The notes below the pieces were generated by a model. The model was not told the origin of the DNA. It did no database searches and saw nothing but the letters and a program-made list of their open reading frames with translations. The translations under genes were made by a program, and so were the position numbers. From Phoronis australis (Eukaryota; Animalia; Phoronida): a DNA stretch of 64,000 nt. Positions within the stretch are counted from its first letter, which is position 1. Every line of letters starts with the position of its first letter. The stretch covers positions 650,684 through 714,683 of the forward strand of contig NMRA01000138.1 in NCBI GenBank assembly GCA_002633005.1, read 5' to 3'. Below, piece after piece: positions 48,801 to 58,479 of this stretch.

Positions 48801-51800
48801 ATAACCTCTTTTCAAATCAGAAAATGCTAAAACCAATGCTTCTATTTTTCATGGTAAAATTGCACTGCGAAGCTTTGAAACAAGTTTTGATCTTATAAAA
48901 TGGGGCTCAGCATTAAGCCGGACATGGTCTTTTAAAAAATGAAAATTGGGAAATTTCACTGAACATTGGCATTAACCTGGACAAGTACGATAGTTGGTTA
49001 TTAAGGTCACTTTTTGAACATCTGATGGAATTCATAAGGAAACAGATACCATTGTTCTGCAAAACTGCTTGGGATTGTTTTTAAATGTTAACACTTTCCA
49101 TGTTAAAAAGGAAATTTTCACTCATCCCCTTTTTGTGCCTGAAAAGTTGCATTTTTTTCTGCGCCTGGATTTCCATCATTTGGCATAAAAATTGATATAT
49201 TCCATTCCATTTCAGCCCTCTGTTGTACCATGCGCAGAAATTTCTGCGCAGAATTCCACTGCACAGATTTCCAGTGTACCATGCAGAAATTTCTGCTTTG
49301 GAATTCTGTGCAGAAATTTCAAAGCTGGAAGTCTGCGCAGAAATTTCTGCACTGGAACTCTGCGCAGAAATTTCTGCAATGGAATATATCAATTTTTATA
49401 AAGCCAAAATGATGGAAATCCAGGCGCAGAAAAAATCTGCAATTTTTCAGTGACAAAATGGGAATGATTGGAAATTCCCTTTTTAAAATGGAAAGTGTTT
49501 GTTGAATGTGGAGCTATCAAAAATAGGATTATACATGATTTTTATGTACAATTTTTAAAGTTGCATATAAAACAAAAATGAAACGATGATTTAGAATACT
49601 GTAACACTGTTTTGGAGATTCTATCTTGAATATTTATGTTTTACAAAATTTGATCACATTATTGATCCTGTTATTTTGGTATAAAAATTAATGCATCTAA
49701 TTCTTTTTTGCTAAATTTTCCTAAAAAGCAAAGTCACCTAATTAGTGGCAGATTGGTATACAAAATTAGTCAAAAATCACATTCTGCAGAATTTCTACTT
49801 TCAGAAAATATATACTTTTGCTCGGTAAATTTCTATAGTTTTGTGTATTAATATTTGGCTAAATAGTTGTCGATATGGTCCAACATAACCATAATCAAGA
49901 ACAGTGTTCAAGGGACTGAGTGATTGTCATCACAGTGCTCAAGGGACTGAGTGATTGTCATCACAGTGCTCAAGGGACTGAGTGATTGTCATCACAGTGT
50001 TCAAGGGACTGAGTGATTGTCATCACAGTGTTCAAGGGACTGAGTGACTGTCATCACAGTTTTCAAAGTTCTCCTAATTAATGAAGATAAATGAACTTCA
50101 GTCTTGTTGTTAATGTTTCATAAATCATCACTCTTTGTATGTGTTATTTCCTGAACATGTCTAGCACGTGATACTTTCTCCTTCAGTCTAAAGTGAAAGA
50201 GCTACAAGAACAGTTGCAGACACTTCAAGTAGAGACTGCGGAGGAGAGAAGAGGTAGGTTGTTTACTGCTCTCATTTTAACAAAGGTCACAAGAAATACG
50301 CATATGTCAGATTGAATGTTGTGTAATCTGCATTTAGTGAATAATGCAATTGAAATCTTTTGCCTTGAGATGGGTGATTGAAAAGTGATGTTGTGCTATT
50401 GAAAAGTGATGTTGTGCTATTGTCTTGGAAGGATTTCTGTTGGTCATGTATTTATGGCATGATCACCTGCATTGTTTGGGAGTAGTGTCAAAGGTTTAGA
50501 TAAGATGGATATTGAGGATTTTCATAATTTTATGTATTGTGTTTACAGAGTTTGTGCCTGCGTATCTGTGTAAGGTTTTTGAATAAGAGTAAAACCAATG
50601 AGTAAGATTAATGGCGTGGCAGTGGAAGTAATCTACTGTTGATGTGATTTCAATTCAAGATTAAAGTTACTGTTCCTTGAGACATCCTGTGTCGCACAGT
50701 GGCGACACACAGTGGCGACACACAGTGGCGAGTGTTGAATGCTTTGATGTCATTCTGAATGATCACAAAAATGGAGTCAAGGAACACTTTTGTTTTGTGT
50801 GGTTATACTGAGGTTGAAATGCAGCTCATATGTACTATTTTGGCTTAATAAACAACTTCATTCTTACTTTATCTTACTTTGACCAACCAGCAGAGCAGTG
50901 TTGTACATGCTTTAAGTGTTATTGAGACTGAATATAAACAGGTTGTGAAGCGTCCAGTTTAATTAACATGGAAATAATCATTATCACTGAAAAGTACTAT
51001 CAAGCAAGAAAACTAAACCAGGCAATGAAGCATTCAGTTTAAGCCATTCATTTGCACAAAGGACAACCACCAACTCCTATTGAAGCGTGGGTGCATTTTT
51101 TTAAGAAAGCATCATTTCGTACAAAATTCCATGCATGCAAGCAAACAAAGTTGGTTTCCATTTACTGATTTTATTATGATGACGTAGTTTTAGGCCAGCA
51201 AGTTGATTAGAACAAATTACTTGCTTTTATGTCAAGGCTGTGATTGAAAAATGTGAATAATTAGGAACCGTGTGGACGTTGTAAACCATTGACTGCATTT
51301 GACCCTGCTGACCTGCAGCTTGCCGGGTCAGCAGGGTCATGCATCTAAGATACCTCATTTGTTCACTAGCCCTGTTTGTCATCAGAAACCAACCATTTAT
51401 GTCCAGGAATCTTGCCCTGGCCTTCTCAACATAATAGTGACTCAAGCAAAGCTTAATATGTGTTAAATGAAAAAAATAATTACAAATGGTCTGATACATC
51501 AGTTGTACCAGACATGTGCAGGTTGCTCAGGTGGGCTCCTTGCACTGATCACCTGGAACCATTTTAATGCTTTATCAATCACAGTTAGAACTGAGCTGAG
51601 ATGTTAGAGACCTGACTCAATTGTCTAGCAGTGTACCCCAGTTGGACTCACACCCACGAATTTAAGCAAATGAAGTGGACACTTGCCCATCTTTGTCACT
51701 GCCTCCTCAAGCTAAGCTAATGTGTTAGTTGTAGGAGTCAGTTTTCACACAAAAAATTGTACAAAAAGGAATAGCTGCTGAGATCGCTTGACAAAACTTT

Positions 51801-54800
51801 TCCATTGTCTCTCAACTTCCTTTTATTGGATTTTGTAATTTTTTGTCATCCCTTTATGTCATGATTATTAATTCACATGATATTGATTGTGTGACAAGGA
51901 ATGTTTGACACGTGTCCTGAACTCCTTGTTTGTCTGTACATTACCTGCCTACGTTATTTACTTTTAACTGATTGAGGTCTGTTGAATATCTGTTGACACA
52001 CAATTAACCGTGTCTAACCGTGTCACAGCGATGAATGAAGTTGTATGTACACATCTATTGAATTGCTCTAAGCCTAGCCATAAACAATCATCTCTCATCA
52101 CCATCATCAATACTTTTGTAAAACACAGTCATCTGTGATTAGATCTCAACAAGTCTGCATATTTACAAGGCCATGTTGTTTAATGAAGGGTATGTTTTAT
52201 TCAGTTAATGCAGTTTTTCTTTCAGTCTACAGTTAACATAGGGCTTAATATATGAAATTAGCATTAAATTTTGATCCTGTTAATGTTTCCATTTTGTAAT
52301 TTGTTGACATCAAGAACTATTTTGACTGTGATTTTATTGTGGATGCTTTGAGTTTAGTGAGGTAATGAAGCTGTCAATGTTAACATGTCTGTTTTTGTCG
52401 TATGTTTCAACATTGGGAAATTCTATTATAGATTACTTGTTTAGTTTCGTTATTTTTGTGACAAGCAATGGGTTTGTGAGCAACACAGGGATACTTGATA
52501 AATTGTTAAATTTTCATGGTTTCCATTAGTTAGACCCAAGTGAAATCAAATCTTGCTTTGTGCTTTGACAGTATAATGTACTTTTTCACGATAATTCATT
52601 ACCCTTCCTCATGGTGCTCTGGTACATTTAAAAAGAACAATGGCCTTTTCCAAGACACTGACTTAAGTCATTATTTGATTTAAGTCTAAGATTTGTATCA
52701 ACTTCCAAACTTTGAAACTTCCACATCCAATAAGATAGTCAAAATTAAGACAAAACTTCAGTAAAAAAAATAAGTCTAAGTTTTAAGATCTTAAAAGGTC
52801 TCTTTCTGGAAGACTTGAAATAAATTTAAGTTTATCTTTAAATTTGCTGAAATTTAAGGATTGTCTTAGCTTTTTCTTGAAACGGGTCCCAGACCGCTAA
52901 GTAAGTACCAGACATTATTACTGTCATTATCTTTGAACTAAAATAAAGAGCATAAAAATTTTACACTGTTCAAGAGTATATCTCAAGGTTGTTAAACATG
53001 ATTCTAGGATGTATTTGATATTGCCATGGAGCACTAGTATCATATACAGACTGCACTGAAATATCTGCATTTATTTGATGATCACGCATCTTGTGCTACC
53101 CAACGTTAACACTTTTAGTGTATACTGCTAACTACAGAGATCAAAACAAACAGATGATGGAATAATCAAATAAAAATTTCAGTTACTTGAGGAAAATAAG
53201 TTATACTATGTATGTTATTATGTGTACTTGTGTTATTCAGTCGAGTCTCCGCCATTGCAGGAAGGTATAGTATTCAGCATGTCAGTCTCTTCAGCAGCGA
53301 GTGATTGAAATACTGCAGGGACTCTGTAACTAGCAGTCGCCATCTTGACAATTCACATCCATGTCTGACCAATTCAGTCAACGATTTTTGATGTCACTAC
53401 CAAATCTTGGGTGTGTGGTTATATAACTAATGAGCCAAGGAAGTCACAAGAAGGACTTTGGTACTGAAGAAAAACAAACAAAAAACACTGCTCTCCCATT
53501 CACTAGCTCTAGACTCTGTTTTTTGACACACAACCTTATACTAGGATATATTTTTTACCAAAAGACTTGGCTGCAAAGTCCAAATTTGGTTGAGAAAATC
53601 AAAAAGTAAAATGTAATTTTTGAACAAGCCAACAAAACCATTGTGGCCTGCCAATACTACCAGTAAATGAGTGGAGTACACCCAAAACAGAATAAACGTT
53701 TGGTTATTAATCACAGACTTGGTAGAAAGTACAAAACTGTCACCTTTCTATTTTTCAAATCCTGGTTTAACCTTGCTGAAAATATTGGAAACTTTACCAA
53801 TTGTTGTTTTTTGACATTTACACAGTACCAAGCTCATTAACAATTGAATAAAATTTCTTGACTTAATTTTTATTGAGAAATTTTGATAAAATGAAAGTTA
53901 CACTTGGCTGCCCTATTATATGCTGGACGCTTGTACCTATTACCATATTTTTATGAAGATGCGCTGTTTTGCGAAGCCTTTAATCAACCTCAGAAATATT
54001 CCTAGTTAGTTCTTATTTGCATAGAAATATGTTATGTTTCTGTGGTTCTTTTGAAGAATGAAATATTGCATACTCATTGGTATATCAAAAAACCTCAAGA
54101 TGGCGCTGCATTGTGTAGAGCCTCTGGTGTAGCTTGCGTGCTCAACTCTGTTTTAGAGAAGGATGGCATGTTTGCTTCAGTGCTGATGACTCTGTATAGT
54201 GTGGTGTACTAGACACCAGGAGGTCCGCTGCATGAGTGATTGTTTTTGTGGAGAAAGGTGTGTGCTGTTCTTGTCTGAATTTGATATTATCTTTCTTGGC
54301 ATGCATGTTATCTTGCAAGTGCTCATGGAAGACTTCATTGAAACTCTATACAAAGATTCACTTATAGTGGAAAATCTCCCATTTGGGACAAAAACATGTT
54401 TCTGAGGTGTACAGCACTACTGCAATTTTCACCAAATGTTGTTTAGATTCAGGATAATGGAGAAAAATTTAATATCTATTTTTACTATTTTTACTTAGAA
54501 TTTTGATTTATATAGTCTCTCTTCTCAGCCACATCCTAAATTGGATTGTTTGCACTAATTGCTTGTATAAACGTACGTGACATTTGAATAGTTGATGCTA
54601 ATAAAATAAAAATGTTCATGAAGACTTTTGTGATTTATTTCAGATGTGCGTGTTATGATGGTAAATGCACCTCGTTCACCTATCAATTATACATTTATTC
54701 TTAGAGTTTGAAATCATTTTAATTGTGTTCTATTTTGTTGATGCTTGAAGCTCTCCTACTTCAGCCTGTCTGAGTTACAATGATTGCAAACATGTAATCA

Positions 54801-56508
54801 CTTAATATGTAACCTTGTGATTAGTATTGGTTTGAAGTTTTTGCTTTTTGGAATTTAGTTGTGTGGCAGTACTTTGCTGAGTGGTTTGTGTATGTTTTAT
54901 GCGATTCGTGCTAGATTTGTTTGTAGATAATCATTCCTATTTATAATTATCTTTGATGATAGTGTCGTACAAGTCATCTACTTAAATCTATTGCGAATGT
55001 GATGCAGTGCGATGAATACGCATCTTATGTTTTTAATTCATTTTTTGCAGAGTTTCAACGTTTCCATGACAGCCAGATTGAGGTAATGCATAGCCAGCAA
55101 CGAGAAGAAATTGATCGACTGAAGAAAGAACATGAAGATCAGCTGAAGAAAATTATGGTCAGTTAACGAATTTTTAATAAGAAGCATGAACATTAGTTGT
55201 CCACTCTCTTTTGTTTCCCGATCCTGAAATTTATAGATTGACATGTATGATTTGAATCAGTAGATATGTTGTTGTTTCCTTAGTGATAACCCTGTTCTGT
55301 GATTTGAGAACCTTGTGATAAGTATGCGTTGTGTTATTTAGTTTGCAGGACGGTACTCTTCTTCAGCTCCACACGAACTGGATGCCTGTGGGAGTCGCTT
55401 TGTCATTGTTGACCCTCTGCTGTCTTTTACTTTTCCATTTAAAGCAGATATGTCTGTTAGTAATGATATGGTGTTTCCATGTTATCTTGTAGCTCATCAT
55501 GTCAGTTGTAGGTGTATTAATTTTGTTTGAAGGAATTGGATGGTGTTGAGCATTTGCACAATTCATACAAGGTTCATTTATAGGTGACTGCTGAGAACCA
55601 TTTGATGCCTGTTATTCAGTGGAGAAAAGTCTTTTTGTCAAAATGCAGGCACGTTAAATGTGTGTGTCTGTGGTATGGCACAAAACTGTCTTTGTTCTGA
55701 AATACCCTTTATTCAGTTTCTTGTTAAGCAGGGTGCTCACGGAATTTTAAAACAAAATGTAGCCAAGCAGTTTTTTTGTTAAAAACTTGTTGCAAATGGT
55801 TCATGTTTCATTGCTTTGTAGTTAATTTTTGTTGTTTGTGTTATTACTCTTGAATGTATGGAGTGTGATTCCAATGATAAAAAACATGATAGATTTAAGG
55901 TATTTGGCAGGACTGCTTGTCGTAGTTTGCCATTTTTGGTGTTAGTATTTGATATCGTTTTGTTGGACCATTTGGGATATAAAGTTTATGCTCTTTAGAA
56001 TATAGTAAAAAGGCAAAGGGTGAATGGTTGAGCTGTTCAAGACATTATTTCTAGTTTGGTGCTTGTCCAACAGGGTGAGAAGTGTAACATTAACTCATCA
56101 ACGCAACAGATGGATTAGGTGGTTTTTAGAATTTTTTTCTGGGTGAGCTTGGTTTTCTTATAAAGTAGAAAGTTTATTACAGTTCACTTTGCTACAACTG
56201 AAGCTTTGATTTTAACTGTGCTTAACAGCAAATTTAAGTGTCAGTGCTCCCATCAGATTTGGAGTTATAGTTCAGCATTTATCGCAAGGGGGCACTAATA
56301 TAACATTTGGTCATGTGGCCTTGCTGTTTTTGTCAGTGCTTACTATCACAAATGGCAAGAACCTCTCCCTCTCCCCAGATGGAAACTAGAACATCAACTT
56401 CACAAGCCAGCCTGTGATTGCCACGTTAGATGATGACGATGTACAAGAAAATGACATATTAAAAAACTTGACTCTTGAGCAAGCTAACAACCGGTCCAAA
56501 CAAAGGCG
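33690..56508 (+). CDS. Multi-exon coiled-coil protein, FAM186-like N-terminus (tentative); probably incomplete at the 3' end
   Basis: Phase-consistent GT-AG exons: 33690-33836, 34760-34837, 36122-36166, (39753/39762-39782?), 41086-41288, 44356-44441, 45713-45813, 48324-48491, 50187-50253, 55051-55157, (56379/56390-56508?). The product is E/K/Q/L-rich with heptad character. Confidence 0.85.
34760..34837 (+). CDS. Coiled-coil gene exon (IYGNFEMTEQMFQQGNVGRMEYFDDL)
   Basis: ttttcag|ATT ... CTG|gtaagt, 78 nt, phase 0/0. Confidence 0.85.
36122..36166 (+). CDS. Coiled-coil gene exon (SELEELLRDSIKKKK)
   Basis: cttttcag|TCG ... AAG|gtaagc, 45 nt. Confidence 0.8.
36303..37325 (+). mobile_element. 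Helentron-associated HINE/DINE-1-like element
   Basis: 5' palindromic subterminal repeat tacttggcgaaa-taaa-tttcgccaagta; 3' copy aatttcgccaagt (37292-37304) followed by stem-loop cgctcc-tc-ggagcg (37307-37320); internal simple repeats; T-rich flanks and no TSD. Confidence 0.75.
37414..38905. mobile_element. Tc1/mariner-pogo-like non-autonomous element, TA TSD, with an internal N gap
   Basis: 24-bp perfect TIR ccgtaaacgttcgggttaacgccc / gggcgttaacccgaacgtttacgg; TA on both sides; subterminal tgggcg(g/c)ttaa repeats at both ends. Confidence 0.88.
41086..41288 (+). CDS. Coiled-coil gene exon (FFMDTTNKFDD...YAHNKAGNK)
   Basis: ttccag|TTC ... AA|gtaaga, phase 0/2; contains ORF 41092..41292. Confidence 0.9.
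43665..43712. repeat. (TTG)n microsatellite
   Basis: Visible directly in the sequence. Confidence 0.9.
44356..44441 (+). CDS. Coiled-coil gene exon (GRKKLEKALQQAKEDITSLTEKLMQAQQ)
   Basis: tgatag|G ... G|gtaaca, phase 2/1. Confidence 0.9.
45713..45813 (+). CDS. Coiled-coil gene exon (DLEDREEKMQHMFKQVEIKNMEIQKYKTAAEVAK)
   Basis: atctag|AC ... AAG|gtttgt, phase 1/0. Confidence 0.9.
45901..46725. mobile_element. Non-autonomous TIR element flanked by TA, inserted in a short tandem repeat of about 27 bp
   Basis: 38-bp TIR cccactcatccaaggctttaccacaaacaggtggcgct with 3 mismatches to the right end; TA at 45899-45900 and 46726-46727. Confidence 0.8.
46419..47899. repeat. 740-bp direct duplication separated by a single N (47159); probable haplotype/contig overlap
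   Basis: 46419-47158 and 47160-47899 differ at roughly ten positions; offset 741. Confidence 0.93.
48324..48491 (+). CDS. Coiled-coil gene exon (RSSGESESIREEMDRKEALINELKKKVDELQLDL...VDST)
   Basis: ttaccag|AGG ... ACT|gtaagt, 168 nt. Confidence 0.92.
49090..49499. mobile_element. 410-bp near-complete palindrome (foldback MITE) with internal gcagaaatttctgc repeats
   Basis: Ends aacactttcca / tggaaagtgtt; arms pair over more than 100 bp (ttttttctgcgcctggatttccatcattt / aaatgatggaaatccaggcgcagaaaaaa). Confidence 0.82.
49901..50066. repeat. 31-bp minisatellite, 5 copies plus a partial copy
   Basis: Unit acagtg(t/c)tcaagggactgagtgattgtcatc, head-to-tail with no spacers. Confidence 0.95.
50187..50253 (+). 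CDS. Coiled-coil gene exon (SKVKELQEQLQTLQVETAEERR)
   Basis: ccttcag|TCT ... G|gtaggt, phase 0/1. Confidence 0.9.
51633..51706 (-). mobile_element. Possible decayed tRNA-derived SINE head
   Basis: Minus strand ggaggcagtgacaaagatgggcaagtg...cgtgggtgtgagtccaactggggtac shows degenerate A-box/B-box spacing. Confidence 0.3.
55051..55157 (+). CDS. Coiled-coil gene exon (EFQRFHDSQIEVMHSQQREEIDRLKKEHEDQLKKIM)
   Basis: ttttgcag|AG ... ATG|gtcagt, phase 1/0. Confidence 0.88.
56390..56508 (+). CDS. Candidate exon (NINFTSQPVIATLDDDDVQENDILKNLTLEQANNRSKQR); an alternative acceptor at 56379 gives METRTSTSQASL-stop
   Basis: Pyrimidine tract ctctccctctccccag, second AG 11 nt downstream, donor CG|gtatgg. 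Confidence 0.5.
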
Positions 56509-56801
56509 GTATGGCATGACAAGAACTCGTTTTGCGTACACTTCATGTACAGTGAAACCAGAGAATACGTGGATAAATTGAAACAGAATACTTATACCAC
56601 CAAAATAATTATAATTGTTGATACAAATTAATAACAAAGCAGGAATTAACAAAAAAGCAGGAAGCAACCCCTGCCAATGACTCCGATGTCATCAAAGTCC
56701 AGTGTTCCCATTGTAGCGAAGCATTGGCGCTTCACTGTTAAATCCACCTCTTACTTCAGAGTTAACTTGCATTGTTAACTTCGATTCAAGACTGATGTTA
56801 A

Positions 56802-58479
56802 AGGAAAATGCCACCTGATTTAATTAGTCTTTTTTGCCATCTTAATCGGTCTATATCCACTTCGCCTCGCATACGGTCGACCTTATCTTGCCAAGAGGTG
56901 TCGCGTTAACCTGTGAGGAAGGTGAGAAACGACGTTAGCGACGTCAGTGGTTCATATGCAGAGTGAATGCCGCTATGTTGCGGTGCATCGTTCCCGCTTG
57001 TCCGAACTAAGCAGCTGCAAGGAAAGCGGGTATATCGTTTTTTTATACTTCCTCGAGACTCCGAAATGCTTAGGGAGGGGCTCATGGTAATGAAGAATGA
57101 AATGCACGCTGTAAATAGCAAGTATGAGGCCGTGAAACATCTCCGTGTCTGTGGCCTGCAGACGTCGACAGTGCCTGACAAATGCTGGCTTACCAAATAA
57201 CTCCATACGTTCCGTTGTCTGTGCTTGTTCACGGTGCCTCTCTAGTATTTATTCATCACTGTATTCCTGTTGGAATTGATAGCCTGTAAAACTTAACGAT
57301 CCACCTGCGAAGTCGGAACTGAGCTCTAGCTCGTCCTAAGTCGCCGGGGATTGCGAGTTGCCATGTTGGTGTTTATTACTGAGCGTTCTGTTTCGAAATG
57401 AATTATTCTCACCCTAACCAATACTTATATAAAATTGAAACAAAGTCTGTCTCATTAGATGCAATTTGTAATGCTGTTGGAGTGTTCGTGAATGCAAATG
57501 ATTTGAGAAGCCAGCAATGAATAAATCACTGCGTTACCGGCTTTATAAAACTAATTGACGGGACACCGAGGCCATGTGAGCTCATGCTAATTTAGTATTT
57601 GCTGGCAGAAACTGTTGTGAAACAACTCGATTTCCATCCCACGGCCAGGTGTTAGTGGAATCTTTATTTACATTTACATTACTCAAATAATGATTGTCAA
57701 TGTACAACTTCTGTCCTGACGGTGCTGTGGCCAAAGCGGAACCTGAGTTCGCGGCCCCCGAGGAGTAAGTAGAAAATTTGCAGTTTTGTGGCTAATTCAC
57801 CAACATAATCAGTTGCACATTACTTTGGCTCACTAGTATAGTATTTTCTTGACTGGAAGTTTAGTTTCCACTGAACTTTGGCTGGTTTATGTTCGTGATG
57901 TCTGATCAGTTTCCGAGCCACTGGGCGGGATAACGACTCGGAGTCAATCCGGTCCGCGACGGGCCTGATCGGGCTCCGAGCCACTGGCCAGGATAACAAG
58001 CGTTTTGTGTTTAGAACTCAAAAAATCACAAGTCTAAACAACACAGATCTACGTTCTCCTGTCTGTATCTCACGGAAATACTTCGAAATTATCTCCGAAC
58101 AGACCCCAAACTCCTGCTACGGACCTTATTGGCCTGTCGAACTTTGTAGGCTACGGTGTGTCCAAATACCAATAAATCCGTAAGAGCGAAATAAAACAAC
58201 ATGTTTTTATAAGAACTCGGTGTATTTTTAAGGGTTTTACATCGAAGTTTGATGATTTATTGGTGTTAAACGATGACTTCAAGCGATAAGTTGACACCAG
58301 TAACCAGTGTTGTTAACTGCTGAACAGACAGCGTGTGAAACCGATGAGGTCATTGGATAATTTAAACACCTCCGTCTGCCGTCAGGTGTCAGGTAACGCA
58401 ACCGTACGTGTCGTTATGGAGTAGAACTACTCGATCTAAATTGATACAAATTAGGTTGTTTTTTGGGTGGCATGCTCCT
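56802..58479 (+). mobile_element. Kolobok-like element with a decayed THAP-domain ORF (56967-57200)
   Basis: TTAA at 56798-56801 and 58480-58483; TIR aggaaaatgccacc / ggtggcatgctcct (12/14); ORF MPLCC...GKRVYRFFILPRDSEMLRE...KHLRVCGLQ resembles a THAP zinc finger. Confidence 0.78.

Noticed and set aside
49901-50066. 31-bp repeats of CRISPR-like length
   Set aside because: Units are head-to-tail with no unique spacers, there are no cas genes, and the context is a eukaryotic intron; this is a minisatellite.
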